A stretch of DNA of 64,000 bases from Tetramitus jugosus (lineage: Eukaryota > Protista > Heterolobosea), in contig OW569358.1 of assembly GCA_937625935.1 (NCBI GenBank), positions 434,001 through 498,000 on the forward strand, written 5' to 3'. The notes beneath the pieces are model-generated. The model was given only the letters and a program-made list of their open reading frames with translations, had not been told where the DNA came from and did not search any database. This document shows positions 9,694 to 20,801 of the stretch, in pieces. The position numbers were made by a program, and so were the translations under genes. The first letter of the stretch is position 1. Every line of letters starts with the position of its first letter.

Positions 9694-11946
9694 TTACTGT
9701 TGTTCAGCTGGTTCCTGAATTCGGGCTGCTACTTGCACAAATTCGCCTGCTTTGTCGACAAAGGATGGTACTTGTTCTTGAGCGTCAGCCAGAGGATTTT
9801 GTCTGCTTCTGAAACGTCGTAAATTCTCTATTTCAGATGGAGACATATCCAAACAGCGTTGGTGCCTTTTATAGGCAAAATCATCAAGTGTGGTGTTGAT
9901 GGTTAAAGATCCACGAGAGTAAAGAGCCAAGAGCGGATCACAGTTGTTGGGTCCGTTTTTGCGGATATAATCAGCCGCACTGCGTGCAAAAGTCCTCGCA
10001 TCTACTTTGGTTGCCTCGCTCTTAAAAGTAAATGGCTTTCTCTCTGCGCTTGTTAGATTTAACGTCTTGAGGGTTTGGGTTTTATGACAAAAGATTGGGC
10101 ACTTTCTTGTCAAATGACCGGCAAAAAGAGTCTCAATTGTTTTGAACACAAAATCCATGTGGTTACTGGGGTTGAAATGTGCTATTGCGAAATACAGTAC
10201 AGAGTCTTTGCTTGTTGGATGCTTTCCTACCTTGAGCACTTTAATTGACTCTTTCTCTTTCTCACTTAGCTTAATGACATCAAACCTACTCTCCACAAAA
10301 TGATAATCCTTATAATGGTGCTCTGGAGTTATCTCTTTAGATTTCATACCTTTTAATACATTAGCAACATCTTTCTTTTCAACTTGTAAATCTCTTGCTA
10401 TTTTCTTAGCGAGTTTATCAATTGTTGTGCAAATTCCAATATAATTTGGATTATTCGATTTCCTTGTGATTTTCAGACACAAATCCCTTCTATCTTGTGC
10501 GCAGTGCAACATATGAGACACAATCTGAGCCTCAGTTAGATCAATGAATTGGATGTTTTCCTCATCGATGTTGACAGTTTGATTATCTTGTGTTTTGATT
10601 ACGAATTTGTTTGTCACCCAGGTGTCAATACCAATCACAAACTTTCTGATGTATGCAATGATTACCAGATCTATGCGATTGAACATGTCTGGTGGAACAA
10701 GAGAAAATGCAAAGATGCAGTCTTCCAGTGTTACAACCAATTTTGTTTCGATCGACCTCATCAGTGTTGAATCCACATGTCCCTTTCGAAATGCCAGTTG
10801 GAATCTCTCTTCTCTCGAAGTCAACTCGTCCACAGCATCGATCAATACTCTGACCTTGCATACAGCGCTTGCATATGCCATAAAGCGAAACATATTTTCA
10901 GCAAATAAGTCCTGAGCGCGCGCATCAGTTAATACTTTTGTCAGAGTGGAATAAAAGATAGTAGCAACAACATTGTCGCATTCTGAACCCACAACTCGAG
11001 ACCAATCACAATTTTTAAAAATACTGACAGCAGTGCTTAGGAATTGAATGATCCTGACACGTTCTTTGTCCTTTGGTGAACTGTCAAATTGGTCTGATTC
11101 AGGTCTAACAGCGTTCAGAGATGGCATTACAACAACACTCTTACTTGGACTTTCTTTGTCCATCATAATATCCAAAAGCGAAGTGATCGACAACCTTTCG
11201 TTTTGCAAATTCTGATACTTTACAGTCTCTCCAGATTTGGTTTCGGAAATCTCCAGGACATACCTGTGAGTCTTAGGTAAGGCTTCAGAACTCGATTGTA
11301 CATGCACCAAATTTGGTATGCTCATTTCGCTAAACAATTTTGCAGAACGAGCTTTATCCTTGCTGATATGACAGAGTGGGCGATTCAGTTGTGTGGTCTG
11401 CAAAAAAAGGATCAGCATGTCACCCAGTGTAGTCCTCGAGCTTGCACCAGATGAGAGAATTTGACACATGTATTGAATGGCATTCAACTTCGATTCATTA
11501 CCGTGAGTTACTGATGGGGCAGTTGCGTGTATTTCAAGGAAGCCTTTCATGCCACCCTTCGGGAAAAATTTGTGCAGTTTGTTACACTGAAGCATTGCAT
11601 CGAAGAGACGATCCGACGTTTCAAAGAATTTCTTGAGTTCTTCTTTTCTCTGTTCAAAGTTTAAACGGTCAAATGAGTTCTTCCTCTCTATGCTGTTTTT
11701 CTGACAAGCATCGAATAAGTTGTATGTGTCTCCAAGTGCTTTTTTTTGCAGGATCTGTTGGGAAAAAAAACGAAATTGTTCATCTGGGGAGCTTTCACTC
11801 TCTGTTGGTAGTGATTGTACGGCTTCAATATGACTGGATCCGCTGTCTGTGTTGGAGATTTTGTTTGTTCGAGGTCTCTTTTTCTCTCGAGCATCATTCT
11901 TGGACGAAGACTTGCCCTTCTTGTCTGAAGCCTTTCTTTTGGTCAT
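9694..11946 (-). CDS. Hypothetical protein (750 aa) with basic NLS-like N-terminus
   Basis: Long uninterrupted ORF from ATG to TAA; no family recognised. Confidence 0.7.
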   Translation of the reverse strand: MTKRKASDKKGKSSSKNDAREKKRPRTNKISNTDSGSSHIEAVQSLPTESESSPDEQFRFFSQQILQKKALGDTYNLFDACQKNSIERKNSFDRLNFEQRKEELKKFFETSDRLFDAMLQCNKLHKFFPKGGMKGFLEIHATAPSVTHGNESKLNAIQYMCQILSSGASSRTTLGDMLILFLQTTQLNRPLCHISKDKARSAKLFSEMSIPNLVHVQSSSEALPKTHRYVLEISETKSGETVKYQNLQNERLSITSLLDIMMDKESPSKSVVVMPSLNAVRPESDQFDSSPKDKERVRIIQFLSTAVSIFKNCDWSRVVGSECDNVVATIFYSTLTKVLTDARAQDLFAENMFRFMAYASAVCKVRVLIDAVDELTSREERFQLAFRKGHVDSTLMRSIETKLVVTLEDCIFAFSLVPPDMFNRIDLVIIAYIRKFVIGIDTWVTNKFVIKTQDNQTVNIDEENIQFIDLTEAQIVSHMLHCAQDRRDLCLKITRKSNNPNYIGICTTIDKLAKKIARDLQVEKKDVANVLKGMKSKEITPEHHYKDYHFVESRFDVIKLSEKEKESIKVLKVGKHPTSKDSVLYFAIAHFNPSNHMDFVFKTIETLFAGHLTRKCPIFCHKTQTLKTLNLTSAERKPFTFKSEATKVDARTFARSAADYIRKNGPNNCDPLLALYSRGSLTINTTLDDFAYKRHQRCLDMSPSEIENLRRFRSRQNPLADAQEQVPSFVDKAGEFVQVAARIQEPAEQQ

Positions 11947-12288
11947 AACTTAAGTAGAGGTGGATTTGTTTTTTGAAGAGTTTGCTTTTTTGGCGTTTAC
12001 CGTTACGAATTTCCTTTCACCAAGGACCAACTCAGATTTCTCCGTTGGTTTCCACAACGAAGCGGAGAAGCATTCGGTGACGTCACGAAGCAAACAACAA
12101 AGTAAAGCGCAATTGGTTGTATTAAAAAAGCGTTGAACGAAGGAATTGGTGCACAAAGTTTTAGAATGGGTTGCATCACTCAAACTTCTTCCAAAGTCAT
12201 TGTGATCTTCGTGGTTGTATTGATTTTCAACTGGATGCTTTTTGGGCTACTTTTAGACCAAGGAATTGACCAGAATCCACAGATATCG

Positions 12289-12295
12289 TATAAAA
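12289..12295 (+). promoter_or_regulatory. Putative TATA box (TATAAAA) upstream of scramblase
   Basis: Exact TATAAAA ~80 nt before the ATG at 12370. Confidence 0.4.
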
Positions 12296-12369
12296 CCAGG
12301 CTCTCCCCTGCCATTGTTTCAAGTCAATACAACATAAGTACAAGTACTATCCAATACAAAGTTTTCAAT

Positions 12370-13203
12370 ATGAATGTGCCATACCCCTTAGATCCTGTAA
12401 CTAGTTCAACTCTCCCATTCCCTGAAAGGTCTGCCACTGCAGGGAAGAAGGTCAATTTACCACCGCCTCCTGTTAGGTGCACAACAACCACAGTGACTAC
12501 TCATGTTGTGAGAAGGTCTGAGAGCTCATCTCAACTCATCGATGGTTCTGGGGGTGATAGCACTCGAGACATCGTTGATACAATATTCAACTCCAATTCC
12601 AAGTGTTTGATCAAACAAAAGGTCGAAAACTTGGAACTTCTTACTGGATGGGAAACCAAAAATGCATACCAACTTCACTTTGGGAATGGCTTCCGAGGTT
12701 TTGCTAAAGAAGAAAGTAGAACTGTGTCTAGACAATTATTAGGAGCATCCAGACCATTCGAAATGAAAGTTTATGTCAATGATCCTAGTAGCAACAAGGT
12801 TACTCCACTTCTCGTTGTCAACAGACCGTTCAAGTTTATTGGTGGTGAACTGGAGGTCAGAGATCACAACAAGACTCTTCTAGGTCATGTGAAGAAGCGA
12901 TTTTCAGTGACGAGTCGAAAGTTTGTTGTTACAGACCACTCTGGCCGAGAATGTTACTCGATGAGTGGGCACCATGTCATTGGGAAGTGTTTCAGTATTT
13001 ATGACTCTAAAATGGCAAGAAAGGGCGAAGTCGGTCGCATCCAGAAACAATGGTCTGGATTGCTGAAAGAAATGTTTACTGACGCTGACAACTTCGGTGT
13101 AGAGTTCCCTCAATCTGCCACTTCCCAAGAGAAGGCTCTACTACTGGCAGCCACTTTCATCATCGATTACTTGTTTTTTGAGAATAACCATCTGGTGTTC
13201 TAG
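12370..13203 (+). CDS. Phospholipid scramblase (PLSCR/LOR family)
   Basis: IKQKVENLELLTGWETKNAY, RPF, IQKQWSG..KEMFTDADNFGVEFP, KALLLAATFIID. Confidence 0.92.
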   Translation: MNVPYPLDPVTSSTLPFPERSATAGKKVNLPPPPVRCTTTTVTTHVVRRSESSSQLIDGSGGDSTRDIVDTIFNSNSKCLIKQKVENLELLTGWETKNAYQLHFGNGFRGFAKEESRTVSRQLLGASRPFEMKVYVNDPSSNKVTPLLVVNRPFKFIGGELEVRDHNKTLLGHVKKRFSVTSRKFVVTDHSGRECYSMSGHHVIGKCFSIYDSKMARKGEVGRIQKQWSGLLKEMFTDADNFGVEFPQSATSQEKALLLAATFIIDYLFFENNHLVF

Positions 13204-13259
13204 ACCCAACGCGTAATAAATTCTTACCTATTCTCTTGAGATTTCGATTCTTGTTATTG

Positions 13260-15023
13260 TTAGTACTGTGTGTCTTTATATTGATCACACCAGGAAACGA
13301 TACTTGAAATTTCATCTACTGGTTCCTTCAGATTCTTGTAGTAGTTGGTGTCATACCAGACGAGCAATCTGGGAACAGTGGTACGTGAACCCATGCTCTC
13401 GCCATATTGTACTTCCCATGACGCTAAATCATTCCGTCCGATATACTGCACGACAAGAGCATACTCAGGGGTTTTACGACACTCGCCCGACCTTGCTCTT
13501 ATATGAGAAAAGAAGTTTGATGAGTTCCTTCTGGGAGTTGAAAGTGTCGCGAAGAGATCACTAACATATTGTGGATAGACAAGAAGTAGCTTGTTCAAGT
13601 ATTTCTCTGGTTCATTGGTGTTTCGAGTTGCTAGGATCTCTGTGTTGTTGATTCAAAACAATGCATTGTGTAAGTGAGAGATGAACCAATTTGCACAACA
13701 ATACTGAAGATACGAACTTTCATACTCGTCTTCAAAGCTTTTATCCACAGACAGGAAGGCGTAGAGCTTTGCTTTACTTCCAAATATATCATCACTGTAA
13801 GGTACTGTCGTTGGGCTTAAGAAAACCCGGTTCGATAACACTAACCATAGTATCTGATTGATCTGAACAGAAAATACACAATATAGTTAAGTAAATTATG
13901 ATTGCGACACATGAAATGGTGGTGCTGTACATACACTTTCGTCGGACAGTGTACGGACTCTGCCTGTCTGAAGAAAACGATCATTCAATAGCTCTTTGAG
14001 ACGATTAATCTTTGGAATATCACGTAATGTGCCATGAGAGAGTTCTCTATAGTTCCATGTCGACCAATGCACCTGCTCATCATGATAGAGACAGGGGAAC
14101 GGTACAATACAGCCATCTCTGGTATTGTGAACATTTGAAATCATGTAACTCAATAGAGGTTCCTCATATTTGAGATAATGTCTCAACAATGAGTATCCAA
14201 AACCAGACGTTCTTGCATGGTTCAAACTCTCCATTGCGTTGATGAATCCGGGCCTATAACCCACAGCAATCGTCCTGCCAGATACCAAACACTTTGAATT
14301 GGATGTCTGTATCTCCGATCTTACCAACTGCACGACTCGAGAAAGAACACCTGAGCTCGAACTCTCATCGAACATGGCATAGAAATGAGAGTATCTCTTG
14401 AAGATTCCCATAATTGCAGTTTGGAGCAACATGGACAAACCAAAATCATTTCTGTTCTGGTTCATTCGCATTGCTTCTTTCAAAAGAGCCATGGAATTAC
14501 CTGCATCAAGCTCTAATATCTTCGTGTCTGTTTGTTGTTCCTTTGTCGTATCCTTTTTCATGGGCCCAATATTCTTTGGAGAGTCGTCATTGAGCCTCGA
14601 CGGTTGAAACACCTGTACATGCACAGAATTATTGTCAATCTTCTTGAGATACACACTGGACGCTCCCAGATTCAATCTCAAATACACCACAATCTCACTG
14701 TCCTTATCCATGAACCTCGCGCCAAAAAAATTGTCCGAAGCTTTGGGAAACAATTGTAAAGTGTTCAACGCCAACAAAATATGAACAACGTGTTCCTTGT
14801 CATCGTCAGAGTGAACGCTACTGCTTTGGTCGTTCATCATGTGATGCTGCTCCACTTCTTGTTGGGTCATGACAAGACAATCGCGCACTCCCTGTATCAA
14901 CAACAATGACTTGATTTCATTTCGTAAGCTTTCAACAATGGCTTGATTGGAAGTAATGTTGGACACATGGACAAGAAATGGTTCACATTCACAGAGAACT
15001 TTCTCCAGGCACACAGAGGACAT
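13260..15023 (-). CDS. Hypothetical protein, probably 3 exons (introns 13863-13934 and probably 13640-13717)
   Basis: Three consecutive minus-strand ORFs joinable by phase-consistent GTATGT..CAG and GTTCGT..CAG introns. Confidence 0.6.
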
Positions 15024-15185
15024 TTTGTCTTTTTTTTCTTGGGGGAATTTGTTTGTGTTTTAGGTAAAGGAGAACACAACACAAAGAACTTCTTTTCACT
15101 TGACAGACGGAATGTTTCATGTCACAGATGATTGACGAACGGGATACTTGACAGACGAACTGTAAGAAAGTGTGAAGGGCTGGCG

Positions 15186-15192
15186 TATAAAA
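15186..15192 (+). promoter_or_regulatory. Putative TATA box upstream of cofilin
   Basis: TATAAAA ~95 nt before the ATG at 15281. Confidence 0.4.
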
Positions 15193-15280
15193 GGCCAGAT
15201 GTCTGGTGCAAAACAACAACCAAGCAAATATACAACAATACTCATCAGTAACTAATAAGCTACCGTAAATACATCTAAAG

Positions 15281-15717
15281 ATGGAGGAAGCAGTCTCTGA
15301 ATGTGGTAATGGCGTTGTCATGGGTTGGAATTCCAGTTTGAGTTCCTCAAGGGTGAACATAAATTTGTTGCTTTCCTTATTAGAGATGGTTCTATTCAAG
15401 TGGAGCGAACTGGTTCTTCTCTGGAGGAGTTGGTCCAAGGTTTACCAAGCAATGAATGCAGATACGCAGTGTATAGAGCTAGCTACACTGTGCCTTCTGA
15501 AATTCAAGGAATGGCTGACAGTCAAAGAAGCAAAAGTGTCATGATACTATGGGCTCCATCGACTGCCAACATCAGAAACAAATTTGTTTACTCTGCTACT
15601 CGGATTCCATTCGGAAATCGCATCAACTTCTCTGGATTGGGTATTCAAACCAGCGATGTCAATCAACTCTCTGAAGAAGAGATCTTGGGTAAGTGCAAAG
15701 CTTTCTTCAAGCATTGA
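15281..15717 (+). CDS. ADF/cofilin family actin-depolymerising factor (5' structure uncertain)
   Basis: LPSNECRYAVY, ILWAPSTANIRNKFVYSAT, IQTSDVNQL; the N-terminus requires a splice or frameshift. Confidence 0.8.
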
Positions 15718-16034
15718 TAACCAAGGAGTGAATAACTTTCCTCAATCATGTACATAGCATCTTCCTCCGTCAGAACTTCTTTCATCTTGGTTGTAACATG
15801 TCATTGTTATCCTGGAGTTCTCTGAACGGAGTTGTTGGTCACCGTTAATTTGGTCGAGAAGTGTCCATGTCTCTGCATAATTTTCACCTCGGATCATCGG
15901 GAAATAAAATCAACCAAAAAATTTTCGCGATAAACTTTGCTCTGTTGTTTGAAAAAAAAAAGCAAACCACAACACAACAAGCTGTTAAAAAGAACGTCGA
16001 TTGTTGAAATTCGTTCAATTCGATCCTTACATCA

Positions 16035-19000
16035 ATGTCATCAACATCCACGACGATCATCAATGGAGGTGGTGCTACAACAGCCATATCATCCAATCTA
16101 TGGATTCCTCTGCGTGGCTCCAAAGAAGTCCTTCAAATACCGACAAGTGAACTTTTGAGCATTGATTCATCATCCATGATTGGCATACTCAAGGACGAAT
16201 CAGCTCCACTCGACATTTGGTTAAACACTGCCCTAGAGTACCTCAAACTGGGAAAAGACGCTGATTTTGAAACGATTCTTCAGAGAGCAACCAGTGATGG
16301 TGATTCTTCTTCTGCTAGTGGTGGTATTGGTGGTGGTGCAAGTGACTCAGCTCACTATCAACAACAACAACAACAACAGCCAGAAGGACGCATCAAACTG
16401 TTGAATGCACTCGCTGGTTACTATATTGAGAAGGCACGATCGAATCGATCAGACAATGAACAAAAAGAAGAGTTTTATTCAAGGGCCAATCAATTGATAA
16501 AGACTGCAGAGATGATTGATCATTTGCATACGACGACTTTTGCTTCCAAAGGTGTCATGTACCTCAATCAGAATGAACATCAGAGAGCGATGGGACCGTT
16601 TGGTGTGGCTCTCACATCAGATCCTCACAATGTTCCTGCCATGCTCGGAAAAGCATGTATTCTGTACAATCAGAAGAACTACAAGGAGGCACTAGAGTTG
16701 TATCAAGAGGTTCTGAAAACGGTTGGATCATCTTGTCCTGCTGCTGTTCGACTTGGCATTGGTCTCTGTCACTACAATCTGGGCAATTTGAAGATGGCTC
16801 GATATGCGTTTGAGCGTGTGCTACAATTGGAAGACAATGCCAATGCACTGGTTGCTCTGGCCATCTTGGATTTGAATTCACCAGTGGATCAGACGACTGA
16901 TTCTTCGTCGTCATCAAGTCACATTGAGAGAGCCATGAAGAGATTCACAAAGGCATTCTCTCTCGATCCATCCAATCCCATGGTACTCAATCACTTGGCC
17001 AATCACTTTTTCTACAACAATCAGATGGAGAAGGCACAGACACTGGCATCGAACGCGTACAAGAACTCTCAAGTCGATGAAGTAAGAGCAGAGAGTTGTT
17101 ACCACATGGCTCGCTCCTATCATGCCACCGGAAACTATGAAGCTGCATTCTCTCACTACTATAGAATTGTGATGCACTTGTGGCCAGATTTTGTTCTAGG
17201 TCGATTTGGTCTCGGTCAAATGTACCTCCAGAGAAATGATATCGATAAGGCCATGGGTGAGTTCCAGCGTGTACTCAAGATGGAACCTGACAATTTTGAA
17301 ACGAACAAAATCTTGGGTGCTCTCTCAGCCGAGAAGGGCAAGTTTGATCAAGCACTGTCCTACTATCAAAAGGCACATTCGATCAATCAGAACGATGAGC
17401 AAGTGTTGGTCGAAATTTCCAAATTTGAGCATCATAGTCCACAAGTCGCACTCGACGCACTGCTCAAGGCAAAACACATTATGGAGATGAAGAATCAATC
17501 GCTGTCACACGAGTTGTATATTAATTTGGCATGTTTGTACCATAGATTAGGAGATATTAAGGAAGCCCACAAGTATGCTATCAAGTCACTGGACACTGCG
17601 GGCATAACGCTGAATGAGGCCATCGAAATGGACGTGTCATCGCACAATCTGTCCTTCTTGTTCAATGTGGCTCGCATCTTGCAGGATGCACGACGGACTC
17701 AACATGCAAAGAAACTCTTCTTGAACATTCTGAAGCACCATATTGGGTACTATGATTGCTATTTGGCATTGGCTATGATTCATCATGAAGATGGTGATGA
17801 TACCCAGGCATTGGCCTATCTGAAGACAGCCACCAAGCTCTTCCCAAAGAACCCTGTCACTTTCTGTGCCATGGGTTACATTTATATGAACCAAACGACA
17901 CCAAACTACAATTTGGCTCAAAAGCAGTTTGAACACGTGAATCAAAACATTGATGCAAAGGACGGAACAGCTCTCGTTGGCCTTGGAACCATCTACTTCC
18001 ATTCTGCTACCAGTTCAAAGACCATGGAAATGGACAAGTCTGAAAAGTATTTGCAGTATGCATCAGACTATTTTGAGAGAGCTCTGAGATATGATCCTCA
18101 CAACATGTATGCAGCACTATCCCTCGGTGCTGTTCTCGCTCAGAGAGGATACTTGAGTGATGCAAGAGAAATATTCACCAATGTGCAGGAGAGCAGTGCA
18201 TTGAGTCTAAAAGCCAAATCGTGCATCTCTACCACTTGGCTCAATTTGGCTCACGTGTTCATGTGTCAAAAACAGTTCACAAACGCTGCCTTGCTGTACC
18301 AAAAGGTGCTGAAGAAGCTCTACGACAATACGCACGTTCCTACATTGCATTGCTTGGCTGCATCATATTATGACGATCGCAAACTCAAGGAGTGCAAATC
18401 GATCCTACAACAAGCTCTTGTGATTGCTCCCAATGATATTAACCTGTGGTATGATCTAGCTGCTGCACACCATGAAAACTGTGTTGCTATCATGAAGTCT
18501 GATAAACCAACAGTCAGTCAAGCGCAAGAGGCACTGAATGAAATCGAACGAGCAAATGCTCTGTTCGTCTATGTGTCACAATTTGATAACTCCAAGATTT
18601 CTCATAAGGCCAAGGGATACGTCGAACACTGTGCAAAGACCCAAAAGAAGGCCGAAGAGGTCTTGGAAGTTGCCAAGGAAAAAGAAAGACAGTTGCAAGA
18701 GACTGAGAAGCAACGAACTGAAGCCCTTGATAGACTCAAGAGAGAACAACAACTCAAGAAGGAGCAAGAAGATCTCAAGAAGAAGGAAGAAGAGGATCTC
18801 AAGAAAAAGAGAGCAGAAGAATTGTTGGAGAAGACGAGAGAGCTACGAGAGAAGTACAGCACCAAGAGCCAAAGATCCATGGATGTCGACGAAGATGAAG
18901 AAGGTGGTGGCAAGAAGAGAAAACGAAAGTCAAAGAAGAAGAGAGATGAGGAGGAAGAGGAAGAGGAAGCACCTAGAAGCGACTCTGATGATGGCGGCGA

Positions 19001-19232
19001 GAAGAAGAAAAAGAAGGGCGGAAGGCTGAAGAAGGGCAAAGATGCCAAGAAACCAAAGAAAAAGAAGAGAAAGCAATCTTCCGACGATGAAGAAGAACCT
19101 GAAACTGGTGGCGATGACACTGCCATGAAGGACGAAGCTGACACTGAAACCAAAGTAGAAGATGAGACAAAGAAAGAAGAAGCATCTTCCAAGGTCAACC
19201 CAGAAGGCGAAGAAGAATTCCAGTTCGAATAA
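16035..19232 (+). CDS. CTR9: PAF1 complex subunit CTR9 (TPR protein)
   Basis: N-terminal IPL..S.E..ILKDESAPLDIW..ALEY, many TPRs, LNHLANHFF, NMYAA..G.VLA, K/E/D-rich C-terminal tail. Confidence 0.93.
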   Translation: MSSTSTTIINGGGATTAISSNLWIPLRGSKEVLQIPTSELLSIDSSSMIGILKDESAPLDIWLNTALEYLKLGKDADFETILQRATSDGDSSSASGGIGGGASDSAHYQQQQQQQPEGRIKLLNALAGYYIEKARSNRSDNEQKEEFYSRANQLIKTAEMIDHLHTTTFASKGVMYLNQNEHQRAMGPFGVALTSDPHNVPAMLGKACILYNQKNYKEALELYQEVLKTVGSSCPAAVRLGIGLCHYNLGNLKMARYAFERVLQLEDNANALVALAILDLNSPVDQTTDSSSSSSHIERAMKRFTKAFSLDPSNPMVLNHLANHFFYNNQMEKAQTLASNAYKNSQVDEVRAESCYHMARSYHATGNYEAAFSHYYRIVMHLWPDFVLGRFGLGQMYLQRNDIDKAMGEFQRVLKMEPDNFETNKILGALSAEKGKFDQALSYYQKAHSINQNDEQVLVEISKFEHHSPQVALDALLKAKHIMEMKNQSLSHELYINLACLYHRLGDIKEAHKYAIKSLDTAGITLNEAIEMDVSSHNLSFLFNVARILQDARRTQHAKKLFLNILKHHIGYYDCYLALAMIHHEDGDDTQALAYLKTATKLFPKNPVTFCAMGYIYMNQTTPNYNLAQKQFEHVNQNIDAKDGTALVGLGTIYFHSATSSKTMEMDKSEKYLQYASDYFERALRYDPHNMYAALSLGAVLAQRGYLSDAREIFTNVQESSALSLKAKSCISTTWLNLAHVFMCQKQFTNAALLYQKVLKKLYDNTHVPTLHCLAASYYDDRKLKECKSILQQALVIAPNDINLWYDLAAAHHENCVAIMKSDKPTVSQAQEALNEIERANALFVYVSQFDNSKISHKAKGYVEHCAKTQKKAEEVLEVAKEKERQLQETEKQRTEALDRLKREQQLKKEQEDLKKKEEEDLKKKRAEELLEKTRELREKYSTKSQRSMDVDEDEEGGGKKRKRKSKKKRDEEEEEEEAPRSDSDDGGEKKKKKGGRLKKGKDAKKPKKKKRKQSSDDEEEPETGGDDTAMKDEADTETKVEDETKKEEASSKVNPEGEEEFQFE

Positions 19233-19286
19233 ATGACAAAATAAAATTAACTTATGCTAGTCGCTCGTTGTTACAATCGATCCTCT

Positions 19287-20513
19287 TTATAAAATGACAG
19301 CACCCAATGCAATGAGTATGGAAACCAAGACAACTCCCATCAATAGCATTCGTGCACGCTTCATCCGATTCCGTGTCTGATTCGTAAACACATTAAATAT
19401 TTTCGCTTGATTTTCTCGACTCACCCGACTCAATTCTTCATCTTGATTACACACTCGATTGATCCACTCATCCAATGCCACTCTGAAATTGACCCACTCT
19501 TGAATCAACTGTTGCATCTCTGTAAATTGACCTTTGCGCTCCAAAATTTGCAACTGAGCCGCAAAAATAATTGGTCTCACAGCTCTCAACATTGCTTCGG
19601 CATTCATTGTGGTACCTGCATTCGATTCACTTGCTTTCTGTATCATTGACCTCATCTCATCCGATTCCATCAACTCCAATGACTCAACATACAAGTCTCT
19701 CAGTTCTTGATCCGAGTAGAACTGTGAGGCAACACTACTGCTGCTGCTGCTCTCACTATTCTCACTATTCTCCTCCTCACTCTTGGAAGACAACCGAGGC
19801 ACACGATTCACAACCACTCCTTCAAAACACTTTTCAATAACATACGAATTAATCTCATTGACCAACAGTGTCAACTCAGAAACAGATGATTCAGTATCAT
19901 CTGAATGACTCAATTTACCAACATGACTCCTGAACATGGCAACACACATGCGATCAGCAAGCTCTTGATACTGTTGCTGTTGATATGGCTTTCTTTGTTG
20001 TTGGTGTCTACCACCTAGTTGTATGAGACATTCTTGCTTGAGTGTATCAGGCAATCCGTTTGTGTAACCGAATTGATGAATGAGATCATGAGCACAAGTC
20101 CATTTGAGCAACGTCTCCTTCTGTAAATCCAATTTTGCCACCTTTTCCATCTGGATTTGGGCCTCTTCGGAATTTTTTAGGCGCGAAAGGATACCCCGAA
20201 GGATGTCGGAGATCTCTTGGTGGGAAAACGTCGAGAGAATTCGTTCGACAGTGTCTTGTGCACCCTGAATGACTTTGTTTCCACCAGATGATGATGATAG
20301 GATAGGTGATGACTTTGTGTTCATGTTATTATTGGTTGATTGTGATGATGTTCGTGTTACTGTTGTTGTTGAATAGAAGCGATGATGATGATGGTTGTTG
20401 ATGCTATGACATGAAAGTTTGGGAAGAGTAGCGTAGTGGACCGTACGGGACGTAGTGGTCATTGTTCTTCGAACGGATCCGAACACACCAATACATAGTT
20501 TGCTCTTGATCAT
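19287..20513 (-). CDS. Hypothetical mitochondrial-targeted protein with C-terminal transmembrane helix
   Basis: R/S/T-rich presequence ending RFYST; terminal hydrophobic LLMGVVLVSILIALGAVIL. Confidence 0.65.
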   Translation of the reverse strand: MIKSKLCIGVFGSVRRTMTTTSRTVHYATLPKLSCHSINNHHHHRFYSTTTVTRTSSQSTNNNMNTKSSPILSSSSGGNKVIQGAQDTVERILSTFSHQEISDILRGILSRLKNSEEAQIQMEKVAKLDLQKETLLKWTCAHDLIHQFGYTNGLPDTLKQECLIQLGGRHQQQRKPYQQQQYQELADRMCVAMFRSHVGKLSHSDDTESSVSELTLLVNEINSYVIEKCFEGVVVNRVPRLSSKSEEENSENSESSSSSSVASQFYSDQELRDLYVESLELMESDEMRSMIQKASESNAGTTMNAEAMLRAVRPIIFAAQLQILERKGQFTEMQQLIQEWVNFRVALDEWINRVCNQDEELSRVSRENQAKIFNVFTNQTRNRMKRARMLLMGVVLVSILIALGAVIL

Positions 20514-20801
20514 TTTCTGATGTTGTTTTTGGGAGTCACGGGGAAATAATTGACCGGATAATCTCAATTTATCAATTTTATCCGAATTCAACGAGTTTTT
20601 GAGCATTCCACCACTTAGATGAACATTCAACGAAAGTGTGTATTCAAAAAATTCACACACCCCCAGCGGCTGGGAATCTGAGATGTGAAAGCAAAAAGAC
20701 TCGAAACGCGCTCTCGCAAACACACCACCACTCGCACCTAGTTTCCCCCACAAAAACAAAAAACACACCATCACCAACCAAACAACAACAACATCAACAA
20801 A

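Noticed and set aside
18538-19198. Many 60-200 aa antisense or alternate-frame ORFs (e.g. 18602-19198, 54467-55099, 4661-5065)
   Set aside because: Shadow ORFs caused by codon bias and trinucleotide repeats of the real gene on the other strand or frame.
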